From the NCBI GenBank assembly GCA_963773095.1, contig CAVYZY010000002.1, forward strand, positions 341,883-405,882: DNA of 64,000 nt, given 5' to 3'. The translations under genes were made by a program, and so were the position numbers. The notes below the pieces were generated by a model. The model did no database searches, was not told the DNA's origin, and saw only the letters and a program-made list of their open reading frames with translations. The stretch is from an uncultured Gemmatimonadales bacterium. Lineage in GTDB: Bacteria > Gemmatimonadota > Gemmatimonadetes > Gemmatimonadales > GWC2-71-9. Below, in pieces: positions 58,502-64,000 of this stretch. Numbering within the stretch: the stretch's first letter is position 1; each line of letters opens with the position of its first letter.

Positions 58502-59476
58502 CTAGCGCCGTACGCGGGCGGCGTGCAGGAGAGCGGTACGGCGGAGGCGGCCGCGTTCGTGTGACGGGTCGGTGGGGGTGCTGGCGCCGCTCAGGTGCCA
58601 GGCGAGGGCGCGAACGGTGGGAAAGCTGAACATGTCGGTGAGGGCCACGTCGCGGCCGGTGGCCTGCCGGATCCGCTCGCGGCAGATGATGGCGAGCAGT
58701 GACGTTCCCCCCAGGTCGAAGAAGTTCTGTTCCCGCCCCACCGTCTTCACGCCCAGCAACTCGCACCAGAGGCCAGACACCAGGCTTTCCAGCTCGGCGT
58801 CGGCGGTGCCGGCCACCTCGAGTGGCGCAGCGGGCTCGGCCTTGCGGGAATACACCTCCGCCGGGACGCCGACCGCGGTCGCCCCGGCGGGCACGTCGTG
58901 CATCACGGCGGACCCGGCGCCCACGATGGCCCAGGCGCCGATGGTGACTTCCGGCAGGATCGAGGCGTTGGAGCCCACGTAGGCACCCTCACCCAGCACC
59001 ACCCGCGCATTGAGCACGGCGTTGGGCGCGATGACGGCGCAGGCGCCCACATGCGACTCGTGCCCCACCACCGCACCCATGAAGACGCACGCCCCGTCCT
59101 CCAAAGTGGCCTCGGGGCCGAGCGTGGCATTCTGGTAGACAATCACGTCGCGCCCGAGAGTCACGCCGGTGACGTCTACGCCGGGGCTCACGAGGGACGC
59201 GAAGGGCACGCCAGCGGAAAGGATCCGGTCGCGCACCGCCTTGCGGTCGCGCGTGGCGCGCGCCACCAGATTCGCGACCTCCGAAATCGCGGGATCGGCG
59301 TTACGCAGGGCATCAACCGGCCCAACCACCGGCACGTCGAGACGCCGGGTGCCCAGCTTCGCGGGGTCATCGTCGAGGAGCACGATTCGATCCCACCGGG
59401 GGGTGCGGGCGTTGACCTGCTGGGCCAGGCGCACGCCTTCGGAGTTCCCCGCCCCGCAGAGGTACAGGGTGCGCAT
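58502..59476 (-). CDS. NeuD/PglD-like hexapeptide acyltransferase fused to a C-terminal carrier-protein (PCP/ACP) domain
   Basis: N-terminal Rossmann-like LYLCGAGNSEG, a left-handed beta-helix region, then a C-terminal ~80 aa with NFFDLGGTSLLAI (phosphopantetheine-attachment Ser context). Confidence 0.7.
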   Translation of the reverse strand: MRTLYLCGAGNSEGVRLAQQVNARTPRWDRIVLLDDDPAKLGTRRLDVPVVGPVDALRNADPAISEVANLVARATRDRKAVRDRILSAGVPFASLVSPGVDVTGVTLGRDVIVYQNATLGPEATLEDGACVFMGAVVGHESHVGACAVIAPNAVLNARVVLGEGAYVGSNASILPEVTIGAWAIVGAGSAVMHDVPAGATAVGVPAEVYSRKAEPAAPLEVAGTADAELESLVSGLWCELLGVKTVGREQNFFDLGGTSLLAIICRERIRQATGRDVALTDMFSFPTVRALAWHLSGASTPTDPSHERGRLRRTALLHAARVRR

Positions 59477-59478
59477 GG

Positions 59479-60402
59479 TCAGGTGATCCGCTTGAGGTCG
59501 GGACGGATTCGCTCGGCCGCGCCGGTCATCCAGTCGCTGCAGGTATGGCAGCGCTGTGGCAGCTCGTCAAAGCGGTGCTGCAGGTGCAACTCGCGATAGC
59601 CGCCAAGCCGGTGCCAGAGGGCCACGAGCGGGGTGTGCCAGGCATTGCCGACACTCTCGTCGCCCTCGGTGTCGCCGGGGCAGCGCGGCACGCGACCGTC
59701 CCAGAACACGTGCATCATCGTAAGGGCCCAGGGGCACGGGATGCGATCTTCCGCCGGCACCGAGAGGACCGTCTCGAACTTGCCGCCCCAGCTCAACTGG
59801 TTCCGCACCTTGAGGGTGGCGCCGCGTTCCAGCCAGTAGTCGGAGAACGCCTGCAGCTCGTGGGCATTGTCGGCCATGGCAATGAACTGCACCTGGATCT
59901 CGGGCCCGTCGGCTCGCTGCTGCCGCATGCGGATGAGCCGCTCGACGTTGGCGTAGACGATGTCCCGGTCGCTGCCGACGCGCGCGGCCTCGTAAGTGGC
60001 CTTGGTGAAGCCGTCGATGCCGATCACGATGAGGTCGACGCCACTCTCGAGGAGCGACGCGGCGACGGGCTCGGTCAGGAGGAGCCCATTGGTGTTGACG
60101 TTGAGCGACTCGAGTCCGACCCACTTGCCGTAACGCAGCATGCGGCCGAGGAGGTCGGGCTCGAGCAGGGGCTCACCGCAGAAGGAGAACCAGCATTCGG
60201 TGCGGGGGGCGAGGGAGGCGATCTGGTCGGCGAGGCGGCACCAGAGGGCCATGGGCATGACGCCCTTGGGACGGCACATCTGGGGATGGTGGCACATCGA
60301 GCATCGGAGGTTGCAGTCGGCGCAGACCTCGACGGCGAACTTCCTGGGGAACGGTATCTCGTGGAGGGTACCGGCGATGGCGGCGAGGTCGTTGGCGAGC
60401 AT
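59479..60402 (-). CDS. Radical SAM enzyme with a SPASM/twitch C-terminal domain
   Basis: CNLRCSMC (CX3CX2C) and a C-terminal Cys-rich CPW...FWDGRVPRCPGD...CHTCSDW. Start is uncertain: ATG 60402 has GGAGAG 9 nt upstream, and 60423 or 60465 are alternatives. Confidence 0.7.
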   Translation of the reverse strand: MLANDLAAIAGTLHEIPFPRKFAVEVCADCNLRCSMCHHPQMCRPKGVMPMALWCRLADQIASLAPRTECWFSFCGEPLLEPDLLGRMLRYGKWVGLESLNVNTNGLLLTEPVAASLLESGVDLIVIGIDGFTKATYEAARVGSDRDIVYANVERLIRMRQQRADGPEIQVQFIAMADNAHELQAFSDYWLERGATLKVRNQLSWGGKFETVLSVPAEDRIPCPWALTMMHVFWDGRVPRCPGDTEGDESVGNAWHTPLVALWHRLGGYRELHLQHRFDELPQRCHTCSDWMTGAAERIRPDLKRIT

Positions 60403-60544
60403 GGGCGGCATCTCTCCAGGCATCAAGGCGGTGCACGGGACCAGGTCCCCTGACGCACAATGCATGGAGCCGGTGAGGAGATGGTGAAAAAGGGGTGTAC
60501 GGATCTTCAGGCGAGCTGAAGCGGCGTCGGGAGGCCCTGTGACC

Positions 60545-60576
60545 GAGTGAGGCGGAATCGCAACAGTGGAGGAACC
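60545..60576. repeat. Purine-rich motif pair GAGTGAGGCGGAATCG ... CAGTGGAGGAACC
   Basis: Read directly from the sequence. Lies between the rRNA terminator and the radical SAM gene. Confidence 0.7.
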
Positions 60577-60589
60577 AGGGAGAAATGGA

Positions 60590-60622
60590 GAAGCCCGGAA
60601 TCCTTTAGGGATCCCGGGCTTC
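60590..60622 (-). terminator. Terminator hairpin downstream of 5S rRNA
   Basis: Minus strand reads GAAGCCCGGGATCC-CTAA-AGGATTCCGGGCTTC followed by TCCATTTCTCC. Confidence 0.7.
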
Positions 60623-60625
60623 AGA

Positions 60626-60743
60626 GGCTGGCAACGGCCTACTCTCCCACGCCCTCTCGAGCGTAGTACCATCGGCGCTACAGGGCTTAACTACCGTGTT
60701 CGGAATGGGAACGGGTGTGGCCCCTGCGCGCTAGTCACCAGCC
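60626..60743 (-). rRNA. rrf: 5S ribosomal RNA
   Basis: Reverse complement is GGCTGGTGACTAGCGCGCAGGGGCCACACCCGTTCCCATTCCGAACACGGTAGTTAAGCCC...GGGAGAGTAGGCCGTTGCCAGCC. Has the conserved CCGAACACGG loop and a terminal helix. Confidence 0.9.
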
Positions 60744-60751
60744 AAAACTGA

Positions 60752-60815
60752 GTCGAGAGTCGAGAGTCAGGAGTCGAGAGATACGTCTCACGACTGCCGG
60801 CTCACGGCTTACGAC
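60752..60815. repeat. Heptamer repeats in the 23S-5S spacer: GTCGAGA GTCGAGA GTCAGGA GTCGAGA, then opposite-sense units (GTCTCAC GACTGCC GGCTCAC GGCTTAC GAC)
   Basis: Read directly from the sequence. TCACGAC is the reverse complement of the GTCGTGA unit seen at 57325. Confidence 0.85.
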
Positions 60816-60860
60816 GATCGAAGGATCGGATGGTGTGCTTTCGGTGTGAGGAAACTGGAA

Positions 60861-63823
<2,963 letters not shown>

Positions 63824-64000
63824 AAATTCGTATTCGGGTCCTGCGATTGCCGCTACGGTGTTGATTCCTCACACCCGGCGCACGCCTTGCGGCCATGCGC
63901 AGCACATCCATCCATCTCAATTGTCAAAGAGCAGCGGCCCAGCAGGACCGCGAAATGACGTGAATGCGCAGAGAGGCACGAAGTGCGGGCGACATCCAGA

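Noticed and set aside
58790-58830. The NeuD-PCP junction as an indel artefact, like the oxidoreductase-lpxB junction
   Set aside because: Neither alternative frame gives a nearby stop for the acyltransferase part, and there is no ATGA-type junction. An in-frame GTG exists (…LE-V-AGTAD…), but nothing supports separate genes.
63824-64000. tRNA-Ile or tRNA-Ala genes in the 16S-23S spacer portion visible at the window end
   Set aside because: No cloverleaf-compatible sequence (no GGTTCGA T-arm) appears in the 177 nt available. Any spacer tRNAs would lie beyond the window.

Overview
This is a 64 kb, visibly high-GC window from a diderm bacterium. The gene content (fused lpxC/fabZ, bshC, mcsAB-clpC next to bamA/lpx) looks Gemmatimonadota/FCB-like, but that placement is a low-confidence inference. 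Almost all of it is tightly packed housekeeping operons, many joined by ATGA/GTGA/TGATG stop-start overlaps.

Plus strand, 1-9 kb: lptB (partial), rpoN, then a polyprenyl-phosphate-sugar glycosylation cluster (GtrB-like GT2, GT4, UPF0104 membrane protein, YfhO-type GT-C, Ppm1-like GT2) and dapF.

The rest is mostly minus strand:
- tRNA-Arg(CCT), apt, acyP, dedA, pcm-surE, and merR-gpsA-plsY-der with a DUF512 radical SAM gene
- a plus-strand sugar nucleotidyltransferase/kinase pair
- an SSS transporter, tRNA-Gly(CCC), phhA, thrC, uvrC, murJ, bshC, rlmH and gdh
- a long envelope operon: bamA-skp-lpxD-lpxC/fabZ-lpxA-(Gfo/Idh/MocA)-lpxB-DUF374-lpxK
- clpC-mcsB-mcsA, lolDE, lysS, and prfB with its classical programmed +1 frameshift
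- a Zn-ribbon/REC-GGDEF pair, a Clp_N-CAX antiporter fusion, trm112-era, and a NeuD-like acyltransferase-carrier protein fusion with a radical SAM/SPASM gene
- the 5S and 23S part of an rRNA operon; the 16S lies beyond the window

No mobile element, CRISPR array or recognisable defence system was seen.

Main points of interest:
1. Four conserved genes (rpoN, lpxC/fabZ, lpxD, skp) each carry one extra base, two inside visible homopolymer runs (TT, C5) and two beside short G/C runs. Three of the four lie within 2.6 kb of each other. A fifth possible insertion would explain the apparent oxidoreductase-LpxB fusion.
2. A family of GTC-phased heptamer tandem repeats sits exactly at gene boundaries, between convergent genes and in the 23S-5S spacer.
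3. A second purine-rich motif family (GCGTGAGGAGGAAC-like) lies upstream of three minus-strand genes.
4. There are unusual domain fusions: Clp_N with a Ca2+/H+ antiporter, and NeuD with a PCP domain next to a SPASM radical SAM enzyme.
5. A 516 bp convergent intergenic region has a low-GC core not explained by any feature.
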